64,000 nt of DNA from Syntrophales bacterium (GCA_963666365.2 CAXXNF010000002.1:1856001-1920000); one strand, 5' to 3'. Numbered from the stretch's first letter, positions 29,319 through 38,807 are shown. Numbers and translations: made by a program. Notes: generated from the sequence alone by a model not told the origin.

Positions 29319-29394
29319 TGGTGGAGATGAGGGGGATCGAACCCCTGACCTCGGCATTGCGAACGCCGCGCTCTCCCAGCTGAGCTACATCCCC
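29319..29394 (-). tRNA. tRNA-Ala (anticodon CGC)
   Basis: GGGGATGTAGCTCAGCTGGGAGAGCGCGGCGTT-CGC-AATGCCGAGGTCAGGGGTTCGATCCCCCTCATCTCCACCA: 76 nt, cloverleaf fold, G3:U70 pair and encoded CCA. Confidence 0.97.
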
Positions 29395-29450
29395 ACTAAG
29401 AACTAGACGTGGAAACGTGCATATCCCAAAGACAGCCTTCCTGTCAAGCA

Positions 29451-30410
29451 TTAGTTGAAGACATTCCTTTCCTTGGCTTTTTCATATATTTCTCGAGCCT
29501 TTGCATCCAGGCCGCCCTTCTCGCAGGCTCTTAAAATACCAAGGTAGTAAAAGGGGGTTTCCGGGTCCTCTGCAATCGCCTTCTCGAATGCCTCAACTGC
29601 CTCGGATATGAATCCTTCCGCAAGCAGGGAGTTTCCCAGGCGGTTGCAGTACACCGCTTTTGAGGATGGATCGATTGCAACTGCATGATCATAGCATGCT
29701 TGTCCCTCGGCCGGTTTTCCCTCTTTGAGATATAGATCCCCCAGGCTGCAATGATAAAGGGGGTTTGCGCCATTGGCGGCAATTGATTTTTTCAGCGCAT
29801 CCTCTGCCCTCTGAAGCTCTCCCGCCCCGATATAGGCATCGGCCATTCTGAAATAAAACGAATCGGTCTCCTCAGAATCAATAATCAAGGCCCTTTCGTA
29901 GGCCTCCTCGGCGCCGGCGAAGTCGCCATCGGCAATCAGGGCATTGCCGAGATGTAACCAGTAGGGGGCGGACTCGGGTTCCATCAATGTGAGTGCCTTG
30001 AAAACCTGAGCAGCTCGCTGCACCCGCCCCCCCCGAATGCATGATTCTCCAAGTGTCGCAAGAAGGGCGCATTCATCAGGCTGTGCCGCTGCAACCCGCT
30101 CGCACAGGTCGATCAGTTTTTCATGTTCGCCCATTTCCCGCAATATTCTGACGAGTTCATCGTAGGCAAACCCCGTAAAGACCTCCCTCGCCAACTCTTT
30201 TTCGAGAAGCCTCTCGAGACATTGAACGGCGTTGTTCAAATCACCGTTGTCACGATAGGCGCATGCCATTGACATGATGAGCGAATCATCGCCGGGGTTC
30301 AACTCCGCCAGCTTTTGATAGAGAACAATCGCCTCTTCATATCGTTTGTCCTGGACGAATTGATCGGCGCGATCATAAAAATCATCATATTCCGTGTTAC
30401 TGCTCATCAC
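29451..30410 (-). CDS. Tetratricopeptide repeat protein
   Basis: Multiple TPR-like units (LG...G..A...Y..A...P). Confidence 0.85.
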   Translation of the reverse strand: MMSSNTEYDDFYDRADQFVQDKRYEEAIVLYQKLAELNPGDDSLIMSMACAYRDNGDLNNAVQCLERLLEKELAREVFTGFAYDELVRILREMGEHEKLIDLCERVAAAQPDECALLATLGESCIRGGRVQRAAQVFKALTLMEPESAPYWLHLGNALIADGDFAGAEEAYERALIIDSEETDSFYFRMADAYIGAGELQRAEDALKKSIAANGANPLYHCSLGDLYLKEGKPAEGQACYDHAVAIDPSSKAVYCNRLGNSLLAEGFISEAVEAFEKAIAEDPETPFYYLGILRACEKGGLDAKAREIYEKAKERNVFN

Positions 30411-30586
30411 ACTGCCACTTTCCGTTTTTTCCCCATTTTATAGGCAAAAGAGATATTGTCAATTTTTTTCCTGCCTGCAGCCGGAAATCAAAGCCGTGAC
30501 TTTTACATTTCCACTATGCTATACAACGCCGGTCAATCGTAATTGAAAGGCACACCTACCCTATTATGAAAAGAAAGGAGTGACAG

Positions 30587-31390
30587 ATGGCACGTTTTGG
30601 ACGTCTCGATGGCAAGGTCGCCATCATAACGGGCGCAGCCAGCGGTATCGGCAAAGCAACGGCGCAACTCTTTGCCCGCGAGGGGGCAAAACTTGTGTTG
30701 GCCGATGTAAGCGAGAAGGCGCTCGCAGAAGTGGTCAAGGGCATTACCGATGACGGCGGTACGGCGGTTATGAGAAAGACCGACGTTTCGAATGAAGCGG
30801 AAGTAAAAGAGTTGATTGATTTGGCGCTTTCCACATACTCGGAGATCCATATTCTCTGCAATAACGCGGGTATCACCGGCGGTCACGAGCGACTTACTCC
30901 GGAAGATCAGGAGGGCACCGACTGGATGAAGGTTTATTCAGTCAATGTCATGGGCGCCGTCTATGCAATAAAACATGTGGCCGCTCATATGAAAGCGCGG
31001 GGGAGCGGCGCCATTGTCAATACTGCATCGGTGGCGGGCATTCGCGCAGGCGCGGGTACCAACGCGTACAGCGCGAGCAAGGCGGCCGTCATCAACCTGA
31101 CGCAAACCAATGCCTGTGATTTGGGGAAATATAATGTACGCGTCAATGCCGTCTGCCCGGGGCTTATCGAAACGGGCATGACAAAACCGGTCTTTGATTT
31201 TGCCAGGGAGACGGGCAAAGAAGCGAAGCTTGGGAGCCGCTGTGAACTGAGACGATACGGGAAACCTGAAGAACTCGCTGCAGCGATTCTCTTTCTGGCA
31301 AGCGATGATGCAAGCTATGTGACAGGACAGGCACTCGCCGTAGACGGCGGAAATACGGCTTCACTCAATCTTCCCGGAATGAAGTTCTGA
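30587..31390 (+). CDS. Short-chain dehydrogenase/reductase
   Basis: Motifs TGAASGIG, NNAG, YSASK and VNAVCPG. Confidence 0.92.
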   Translation: MARFGRLDGKVAIITGAASGIGKATAQLFAREGAKLVLADVSEKALAEVVKGITDDGGTAVMRKTDVSNEAEVKELIDLALSTYSEIHILCNNAGITGGHERLTPEDQEGTDWMKVYSVNVMGAVYAIKHVAAHMKARGSGAIVNTASVAGIRAGAGTNAYSASKAAVINLTQTNACDLGKYNVRVNAVCPGLIETGMTKPVFDFARETGKEAKLGSRCELRRYGKPEELAAAILFLASDDASYVTGQALAVDGGNTASLNLPGMKF

Positions 31391-31485
31391 TCTCTGCGGA
31401 CCGAATGCCCTTGTCATAGACGAAAGGTCATGAGGGGAGATTTGCCGCGGCAGGGCCAGGTGAGTCTCCCCCTTACGGTCAGGCA

Positions 31486-32139
31486 TTACATTTCAATAGT
31501 AATCAACCCTTCACGAATCGCACACTTCACCAGTTCCGACATGCTGTGAATGTGAAGTTTTTCCATAATATTCCGGCGATGGGTCTCAATCGTTTTCGTG
31601 CTTACATGAAGGTGTTCGGCAATTTCACGGGTTGCCAGCCCTTCTGCGAGATTTTGAAACACTTCGCGCTCCCTCGGTGTAAGGGTAGTAAAAACAGATG
31701 CATCCGACTGTGGGGATTTTCCTATGTACCTGTTCACCACGATCCCGGCGATCTTCGGACTTAAATAGGTCTGATCCGCAACAACCGATCGTATCGCCCG
31801 CACAAGCTCTTCGAACGCGCAATCTTTCAGAAGATATCCTGAGGCACCGGCATCCAGCATTCCCGATACAAAGCGACGGTCGGAATACATTGACAGCGCA
31901 ATTACCTTTACTTCGGAATTTTCACTCAAAATGGTTCGCGTTGCGTCTATTCCGTTCATTTCAGGCATGGAAATATCCATTATGATGACGCTCGGCGACA
32001 ACTGCCGTGCAAGCCGCACGGCGGTGCACCCGTCCTCGGCTTCGGCAACCACCTCCATGCCCGGCTCGCTGTCGATCAGCGTGCGTAACCCATCGCGTAC
32101 AATTTTGTGGTCATCAGCCAGCAAAATTCTTGTATTCAT
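31486..32139 (-). CDS. NarL/LuxR-family response regulator (copy 1)
   Basis: LADDH, MDISMP and GYLLKD receiver motifs, plus the LuxR HTH LTPREREV...KTIETHRRNIMEKL. Confidence 0.93.
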   Translation of the reverse strand: MNTRILLADDHKIVRDGLRTLIDSEPGMEVVAEAEDGCTAVRLARQLSPSVIIMDISMPEMNGIDATRTILSENSEVKVIALSMYSDRRFVSGMLDAGASGYLLKDCAFEELVRAIRSVVADQTYLSPKIAGIVVNRYIGKSPQSDASVFTTLTPREREVFQNLAEGLATREIAEHLHVSTKTIETHRRNIMEKLHIHSMSELVKCAIREGLITIEM

Positions 32140-32471
32140 TGTACATCCTCTATTATAGAGCACATTCTTTTATTTCACGCTCCTCACGGGGTAGCGGGAT
32201 GCCGGAAGGCGTCAAGGAAGGCACAACCCGCCTCCCGGCATCCCTATCATGACAAGCACAGGCACATTCTGCTTGAGAATATATCACCATCGACCGTGAA
32301 TCCGCTTCACTCTAACAGTGCCGCATGATCACGCATTCAAGAGTTTTTACCTGCTCCGATGTTGAGTATAGGGATATCGCAGAGTCTTTGTTTACACCAT
32401 CGGGAGTATGCTGGTTTTTATGATTAAAATAACAGGATTTATTTCTAAGGAAACGGATGATATCGCCTGCG

Positions 32472-33128
32472 TTACGTTTCCAGGGAGGTCAGACCCTCGC
32501 GAATGGCATACTTCACCAGCTCCGATATGCTGTGGATGTTCAACTTCTCCATGATGTTCCGACGGTGGGTCTCCACCGTCTTCACGCTTACGTTCAGATG
32601 AAAGGCGATCTCCTTCGTCGTCATCCCCTCAGCCAAAACCTGCAGCACTTCACGCTCACGCTGCGTCAAATTAGTAAACACCGACGACTCCGTCCGGGGA
32701 CTCTTCCCTATGTAGCGATTCACCACGATGCCCGCAATCTTCGGACTCAGGTACGTCTGATGGGACACCACTGAACGAATCGCACGCACAAGCTCCTCAA
32801 AGGCACAGTCCTTCAAAAGATACCCCGAGGCGCCCGCCTCAAGCATCCCCGATACGAACCGACGATCCGAATACATCGACAGTGCAATTACCTTCACCCG
32901 AGGATTCTCGTGAATGATTACACGGGTGGCGTCGATCCCGTTCATGTCGGGCATCGCAATGTCCATGATCACGACATCCGGCGAAAGATCCTGCGCCAAA
33001 CGAACCGCACTGCGTCCGTCCTCAGCCTCCGCTACCACCTCCATCCCCGTCTCGCTGTCGATCAGCGTCCGAAGCCCGTCTCTCACTATCTTGTGATCAT
33101 CCGCCAACAGTATCTTTACGTTACTCAT
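32472..33128 (-). CDS. NarL/LuxR-family response regulator (copy 2)
   Basis: Same motifs as copy 1. Its start overlaps the histidine kinase stop. Confidence 0.93.
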   Translation of the reverse strand: MSNVKILLADDHKIVRDGLRTLIDSETGMEVVAEAEDGRSAVRLAQDLSPDVVIMDIAMPDMNGIDATRVIIHENPRVKVIALSMYSDRRFVSGMLEAGASGYLLKDCAFEELVRAIRSVVSHQTYLSPKIAGIVVNRYIGKSPRTESSVFTNLTQREREVLQVLAEGMTTKEIAFHLNVSVKTVETHRRNIMEKLNIHSISELVKYAIREGLTSLET

Positions 33129-35376
33129 CGCCCTTTCCCCTCTTGTCACGACGCCTCGATTCCGGGTGCATCTCCATCCGAACACGCGTACCCTTCCCCG
33201 GCGCCGACGTAATCTTAAATCGCCCGCCCAAATAGTTCAAACGCTCACCGATACTGAACAACCCGAATCCCTGAGTCCAGTCCGTCGGAGATTTGATCTT
33301 CCGCACGTCAAAACCGATCCCGTCATCCTCAACCCCTACTGCAACATTCCTACCATTTTTCTTCACCCAAACCAAGACATGTTTCGCCTTAGCGTGCTTC
33401 GTCACATTCACCAAAAGCTCCTGAACACACCGAAACAGCACAAAGGCTCGGTCCTTGTCCAAACTCTCCTTGCCCGTCCCTCGCTTCTTGAAGGCAATGG
33501 TCAACCCGTATTTCTCCTGGTACTGCTCCGTCAACCACTCCAAGGCCGCCTCCAAACCCAGTATGTACAGCACCGGAGGACTCAAATCGAAGGTCAGCGA
33601 TCGCGTGTCGCGGATCAGCTGGTCCAGCAACTGCACAATCTCTTCCAATGAACCCGAATGAGCCGTCGCCGACGTCTCCTTCTGAAGCGCCTCCACCTTC
33701 ATCTTTGCCACCGCCATCGTCTGACCGATGCGGTCGTGAAGCTCCGTCGCCAACTGCTGACGCTCACGCTCTTCCGTACGCGTCAACTCCGATGATAAAA
33801 ACCGCAGCTTCTCATAGTTCTCCGACAACTTCTGCTCCGCTTCCTTCGCCTCCGTCACATCCTGACCGACAGTAAGAAGTCCCACCAGGCGGTCATCGCT
33901 GTCACAGAGTGTTTTCGTGTTCCAGGTTACGATTCGTTTTGAACCTTCGCGGGTAATTATGGTATTGACAAATCCCTTCGAAGTAATCCCCCTGAGCGCC
34001 CGCTGAAAGGCATCAATGGTGACGGTCCAGTCTTCCTTAACTATAAATGTTTTGAGCCAGTTCTTACCCTGAATCTCCTCCAGCGGGTAGCCCACCAGTT
34101 CTTCCGTGTAGGGATTGTAGCGAACAATCCGCCCCCGGGTATCCAGGACCAGGACTACTGCCTGGGCCGTCTCGATCAGACTTTCGGCAAAATCGCGCTC
34201 CCTGACCAGGGCCAACTCCGCCTGTCGGCGCTCGGTAATATCTTCATAGACCACCACAACCTTGCGACTTCGAGGACTGACGCCCAGTTTCGATGCCGTC
34301 AGGGCGCAGATGATCTCACGGCCCTCACGATCAATACAACGAATTTCGTCGAAGCGGACCTTGCGTCCCGTATGCTCACCATAGAGATTTTGACCTACTT
34401 TACGATATTCCCTGTCATTCAAGTAGAAAATGCGACTGCTCTTACCGATCAATTCGTCGGGGCTCCAGCCGAAGACCTGATGTACCGCATTATTGGCAAA
34501 GATGATTCGCCTGTTTTCAAGGCCTATTACGGCATGGGGGATCGTTTCAAGAATCGACGACTCAAGGGCTTCAAGTTCTTCCAGCTTCTCCCGCGCCTCG
34601 CGAAGCTCAGTCACGTCCATGACGTTGCCCAGAAGCGCCCGGCGCCCCTTGTAGTGTATGGGTGAAATGACCGCCACAAGACGTCGGACATGACCGTCTT
34701 TTCTAATGATTCGCACTTCATAAGGGGAGGAGGTTTCACCATCTATCATTTTCTGAGAATATTCCATCACCTTCTTGCGATCACGGAGATGTACAATTGT
34801 CTCCGCCTTTTTTCCCAATGCTTCGCTTGTGTCGTACCCCGTATAGGACTCCATCATGGAATTGATAAAACAGAGCTTTCCATCCTGCACAATGAAAACC
34901 CCGGTCTGCATTTTGTCGGTAAGAATACGGTACAGTTCTTCCGCTCTTTTGCGCTCCGTAATATCCCTGAAAGAGGCAATTCGAATCGTCCTTCCCTCAA
35001 AGCTGATGTTTTTCCCCTGCACCTCCATGGGAAACGTAGACCCATCTTTCCTCAGGGCGGTTACCTCATAGGGCTTCTCATAGGCCTCATTCACATACCT
35101 CTTCACTGTTTCCCGATGCTCCGGCGCAATGATACTGAGAAGTTCCGCATCCACAAGCTCCTCGGGATCATATCCTGTTATCACGGCAAGCGCTCTGTTT
35201 GCGTCGAGAAAACGTCCGTCGGCATGGATGCAAATTCCTTCGGAAGTAGAAAAATGAAAATCCTGAAGAGGACTTTCATCCAGCACTGACTCTATATCGC
35301 TCTCACGGAGAGGTTTTTTCTCTTCCAATGATCTAATCTTCGCGTGCAATTCTTTACGGGTAGGCCTTCCAGACAT
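33121..35376 (-). CDS. Cytoplasmic multi-PAS sensor histidine kinase (HisKA_3 type)
   Basis: Four PAS/PAC units ending in DIT/DVT, then EERERQQLATELHD, QELLVNVTKHA, VEDDGIGF and GFGL. Confidence 0.92.
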   Translation of the reverse strand: MSGRPTRKELHAKIRSLEEKKPLRESDIESVLDESPLQDFHFSTSEGICIHADGRFLDANRALAVITGYDPEELVDAELLSIIAPEHRETVKRYVNEAYEKPYEVTALRKDGSTFPMEVQGKNISFEGRTIRIASFRDITERKRAEELYRILTDKMQTGVFIVQDGKLCFINSMMESYTGYDTSEALGKKAETIVHLRDRKKVMEYSQKMIDGETSSPYEVRIIRKDGHVRRLVAVISPIHYKGRRALLGNVMDVTELREAREKLEELEALESSILETIPHAVIGLENRRIIFANNAVHQVFGWSPDELIGKSSRIFYLNDREYRKVGQNLYGEHTGRKVRFDEIRCIDREGREIICALTASKLGVSPRSRKVVVVYEDITERRQAELALVRERDFAESLIETAQAVVLVLDTRGRIVRYNPYTEELVGYPLEEIQGKNWLKTFIVKEDWTVTIDAFQRALRGITSKGFVNTIITREGSKRIVTWNTKTLCDSDDRLVGLLTVGQDVTEAKEAEQKLSENYEKLRFLSSELTRTEERERQQLATELHDRIGQTMAVAKMKVEALQKETSATAHSGSLEEIVQLLDQLIRDTRSLTFDLSPPVLYILGLEAALEWLTEQYQEKYGLTIAFKKRGTGKESLDKDRAFVLFRCVQELLVNVTKHAKAKHVLVWVKKNGRNVAVGVEDDGIGFDVRKIKSPTDWTQGFGLFSIGERLNYLGGRFKITSAPGKGTRVRMEMHPESRRRDKRGKGDE

Positions 35377-35525
35377 TTTCAACTCCTCTACCCCTCATGG
35401 TAAGGGTAATTTATCGGTACTATATACACACATATATGTCGGAACTGCAAGATTTCAGGCCGCCCTGTGGACACACTTTATCATGGAACTTCCCATTCAA
35501 ATCGTATAGAGTGCACTAAGTCCGT

Positions 35526-35534
35526 TGTTATAAT
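35526..35534 (+). promoter_or_regulatory. Extended -10 promoter candidate for the ArsA/Get3-like operon
   Basis: TGTTATAAT (TGn-TATAAT), 80 bp upstream of ORF 35615. Confidence 0.5.
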
Positions 35535-35614
35535 AAAGGAGAAACATAAAATATTATAGTTCAATACTACTCAACTCGCTATGGCACAAGCTGGCGACTT
35601 CCAGAAAATTCACG

Positions 35615-35896
35615 ATGAAACAATCTATTTTACAGTGCCTGAGGAATTTCTTTTCGACGATTGATGCATCCCATCGAGAACGGGCGGCCGCACTTACCGT
35701 CGTCGAAATGGAGGAATTGGAAAACATTTTCGCACTTCTGCTTCTGGGTTCTTTCGTCGGGTTCCCTTCTCCGCCCTCCTTTCTGGCAGTAGAATTGTTG
35801 CCGTTCATGGAGAAAGAATTGACCATACTGACCGAACGAGCAAAAAATTCGGATGATATGCTCGCCACACTGTGTGGAACCTTGGGCATCGATTAA
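35615..35896 (+). CDS. Small conserved hypothetical membrane-associated protein, of the type often found next to ArsA-family ATPases
   Basis: EMEELENIFALLLLGSFVGFPSPP...ELLP hydrophobic core. The stop codon abuts the ATPase start. Confidence 0.7.
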   Translation: MKQSILQCLRNFFSTIDASHRERAAALTVVEMEELENIFALLLLGSFVGFPSPPSFLAVELLPFMEKELTILTERAKNSDDMLATLCGTLGID

Positions 35897-36817
35897 ATGA
35901 AGATTATTTTTTTCACCGGAAAAGGGGGCGTGGGAAAGTCGTCGCTGTCGGCAGCGGCGGCATGGCAATTGTCACAGACGCATCGAGTCCTGATAGTGTC
36001 GCTTGATCCCGCCCATAATCTCGGTGACATTTTCGGGGTACCCCTTCAGACTGCAACAGTCAGGTTCACCAACAGGCTTTTTCTCAAGGAAATAGATCTG
36101 AAGGGGCTTGCAAAGGAGTACCTTCAAAGAGAAATATCCGTTTTTTCCAATAGCTATGCCTATCTGAAGGCCCTCAACCTGGACACCTGTTTTTCGGTGC
36201 TCCAGTATTCCCCGGGAATAGAGGAATACGCCCTGCTCACGGGCATCGAAGCGACATTGCACAAAAAAGACTTTGATTATGTGATTTTCGATACTCCTCC
36301 CACGGGGCTTACTCTGAGGTTTCTTGCGCTGCCTTCAATTACCATTACCTGGCTAGAAAGGCTCATCGCGCTCAGAAGGAAAATTCTTGATAAGCGTTAC
36401 ACGATTCACCGAATCAGGGGCGCCGGCGGTGCGGGCGAAACCACACTCGCCTATAACGAGTTGAAGGACGATGTCCTTAGCAGGTTGCAATCTCTTGATC
36501 ACAATTACAGGCAGTTGAATGCAATACTTCAGGGAAGCGAATGCTCGATCGTGCTTGTTTTCAACCCCGACACCCTCTCACTGAAGGAATCGGAACGGCT
36601 GATTCAGGGGATTGAAGACCTGGGGCTCCCTTTGCGCCGGTTGATTCACAACAAGGTGCAGGACGATATGATCGACGTGATCGCTCGCATCGAGAAATCA
36701 ATTCTCTTAAAAGCAGGGCAGGTTCCTGTGACACGGATCGGGTTTATACGATCATTTCTTGACGACGAAAATCGAAAACTGTACGATGTTAATGTTGATT
36801 TAACTTCACTGTTTTGA
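35897..36817 (+). CDS. Single-domain ArsA/Get3-family ATPase
   Basis: GKGGVGKS (deviant Walker A), SLDPAHNLGD, PGIEE and FDTPPTG. Confidence 0.9.
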   Translation: MKIIFFTGKGGVGKSSLSAAAAWQLSQTHRVLIVSLDPAHNLGDIFGVPLQTATVRFTNRLFLKEIDLKGLAKEYLQREISVFSNSYAYLKALNLDTCFSVLQYSPGIEEYALLTGIEATLHKKDFDYVIFDTPPTGLTLRFLALPSITITWLERLIALRRKILDKRYTIHRIRGAGGAGETTLAYNELKDDVLSRLQSLDHNYRQLNAILQGSECSIVLVFNPDTLSLKESERLIQGIEDLGLPLRRLIHNKVQDDMIDVIARIEKSILLKAGQVPVTRIGFIRSFLDDENRKLYDVNVDLTSLF

Positions 36818-36836
36818 AAACCGGTGTGATAGAAGG

Positions 36837-37502
36837 ATGTTTCAGCACGATTATATTGCCCAGCAGCCAGTGTTTCTTCTGTTTATTGCCTTTTCGTTTA
36901 CCCTGACGTTTGGTTATTTTTGGGGAAGGAGGCAGAACAGGACTATTTTTCTTTCCGCGTTCAACGATCTTGTGAGTGTACTGCACCCGGACGATCAGAC
37001 CTTTACCAACATTGGAGGTGTCATAGGGTATCACGCCAATTTCTTTATCACCAAAAGGGAAGCGCTCATATCGCAGGTTGACGCGACCATCACGCTTCTT
37101 CCGCGACAGTCCTGGCTCTACTTTCCCATTTCCAGACTGTTCAGGCGTTATGACAGGCTCTTCATCACCTTCTACTTCAAAAAAAGACCGCCCGAAGAAG
37201 GGCATCTTATCGAAACCCGTTTCAATGGTTTCAGGAGTTCACACATCACCAGCACCGACCATCTTAATAAGGAACGGATTCAATGGGGGTCGCATGAATT
37301 TTTACTGTATTACCAGGGAAAAGCGGTACGGTCACAACTCCTTCGATTTATTGATAAAAATCCGGACCCCGGCGTCGTGCGGCACATGGCGATTGTTCCT
37401 GAGCAAAAAAAGGGATATTTGTTCATGATTCCAGGTAAGACAGGGATCGCCGCCTGCCTTGCGCCTGTATACCGGTGGTTTCTTTCCCAGGTGAAAGAAT
37501 AA
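36837..37502 (+). CDS. Hypothetical protein with N-terminal TM helix, possibly DUF1682/CCDC47-like
   Basis: 221-aa ORF with a TM segment followed by YFWGRRQN, then ITLLPRQSWL...DRLFITF. The family call is from recalled motif similarity only. Confidence 0.6.
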   Translation: MFQHDYIAQQPVFLLFIAFSFTLTFGYFWGRRQNRTIFLSAFNDLVSVLHPDDQTFTNIGGVIGYHANFFITKREALISQVDATITLLPRQSWLYFPISRLFRRYDRLFITFYFKKRPPEEGHLIETRFNGFRSSHITSTDHLNKERIQWGSHEFLLYYQGKAVRSQLLRFIDKNPDPGVVRHMAIVPEQKKGYLFMIPGKTGIAACLAPVYRWFLSQVKE

Positions 37503-37688
37503 CTGATTTCCCGAAGCGAACCCCCCGAAGAGGATATAAATTTTTTATCTGTATTATGCGATAATAAAGATGTACAATAACAGCATGACATTCAAAAGAA
37601 ATCATCGTTCTCTTACCTTTCGTTACCCACAACCTTTGTAGTACGTGAGTACATCCATCGATGTGTCGGAAAGGAGGTTTTATATCGC

Positions 37689-38789
37689 ATGGCTACACTA
37701 CAGTCGCTAGACGAACTCATGCCCTTAATGCACAGGCATGTAGGAATCTGCGTATCCATCTATATGCCCACGGCGAGAAAAGGAATGGAAACGCAGCAGA
37801 ATCAGATCCGGTATAAAAACATGCTTCGCCAGGCGGAAGAGCGACTTGCGGGAAGCGACCTGAGGCCGTCGGAAGTAAAAGAGTTCCTGGCTCCCGCTCA
37901 GGAATTTATCAGCGACGAGCTCTTCTGGCGAAATCAAAAGGATGGACTGGCTCTTTTTCTATCACAGGATTCATTCAACTACTTCAAGATTCCTCAAAGT
38001 TTCGAAGAGCTGGTAGTCGTATCGGAGCGCTTTCACTTCAAACCCCTCATTGGATTTCTCAGCAATGATGTCGATTTTTATATCCTTGCCGTCAGTCAGA
38101 ATAACATCAGACTGTTCGAATGCTCCCGTTATCAGAAAAAAGAGGTTAAGCTCGCAGGGATTCCTTTAAGCCTCCAGGAAGCGCTCAACCTTGATGACTT
38201 TGAAAAACGTCTTCAGCTGCACACGGGGAGCGAGGACACAAAAGCCCTGGTGCTGAAGTTTTTTCAGCAGATCGAACGGGGGCTTCGCGAACATTTTCGT
38301 AAAAAGGGCGCCCTGCTGGTATTTGCCGGGGTGGAGTATCTCTTCCCAATATACCGGGAGGCAACTACCTATCCTCACCTGCTGGATAACGGCATCTTCG
38401 GAAATCCGGAAACGCTGACCGCGGAAGAATTACACGAGCAGGCGTGGTCCTTCATCGAACCCATTGCAGAAGAAAAAAAGGAAGGCGCTATTGCGCGGTA
38501 TCATCAGAATGCAGGCACCGGTCTTACCTCCGGAGAATTGAAGGAAATCGTTCGATCTTCCTATCACGGCAGGGTGGCTGTGCTCTTTGTTCCCGTGGGC
38601 GTACAGCAATGGGGCAATTTTAACCGGAGTTCAAATGAGGTCACCCTTACCGGAACCACTGATGCGTCCGATGAAGATCTCTTCGATTTTGCCGCAATCC
38701 AGACACTGCTGAATGGAGGAATCGTCTACACCCTTGCACCTGAACAGATTCCCGGAGGAGAGCCGATCGCCGCCGTCTTCAGATACTGA
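37689..38789 (+). CDS. Bacterial archaeo-eukaryotic release factor homologue (baeRF3/baeRF7-like)
   Basis: Motifs CVSIYMPT, GLALF, FHFKPL, FYILAVSQ, GNP, GRVAVLF, EDLFD...TLLNGG and AAVFRY. Confidence 0.78.
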   Translation: MATLQSLDELMPLMHRHVGICVSIYMPTARKGMETQQNQIRYKNMLRQAEERLAGSDLRPSEVKEFLAPAQEFISDELFWRNQKDGLALFLSQDSFNYFKIPQSFEELVVVSERFHFKPLIGFLSNDVDFYILAVSQNNIRLFECSRYQKKEVKLAGIPLSLQEALNLDDFEKRLQLHTGSEDTKALVLKFFQQIERGLREHFRKKGALLVFAGVEYLFPIYREATTYPHLLDNGIFGNPETLTAEELHEQAWSFIEPIAEEKKEGAIARYHQNAGTGLTSGELKEIVRSSYHGRVAVLFVPVGVQQWGNFNRSSNEVTLTGTTDASDEDLFDFAAIQTLLNGGIVYTLAPEQIPGGEPIAAVFRY

Positions 38790-38807
38790 AAAAAATACGC
38801 AGCGATG

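Noticed and set aside
29319..29394. tRNA-Ala as a genomic-island attachment site
   Set aside because: No adjacent integrase, and I noticed no duplicated tRNA 3' end in the window.
32140..32471. Riboswitch in the RR1 leader
   Set aside because: A hairpin is present, but I recognise no aptamer consensus. An Rfam/Infernal scan would settle it.
35897..36817. Arsenic-resistance ArsA
   Set aside because: Single nucleotide-binding domain, no evident metalloid-binding Cys set and no ars genes nearby.
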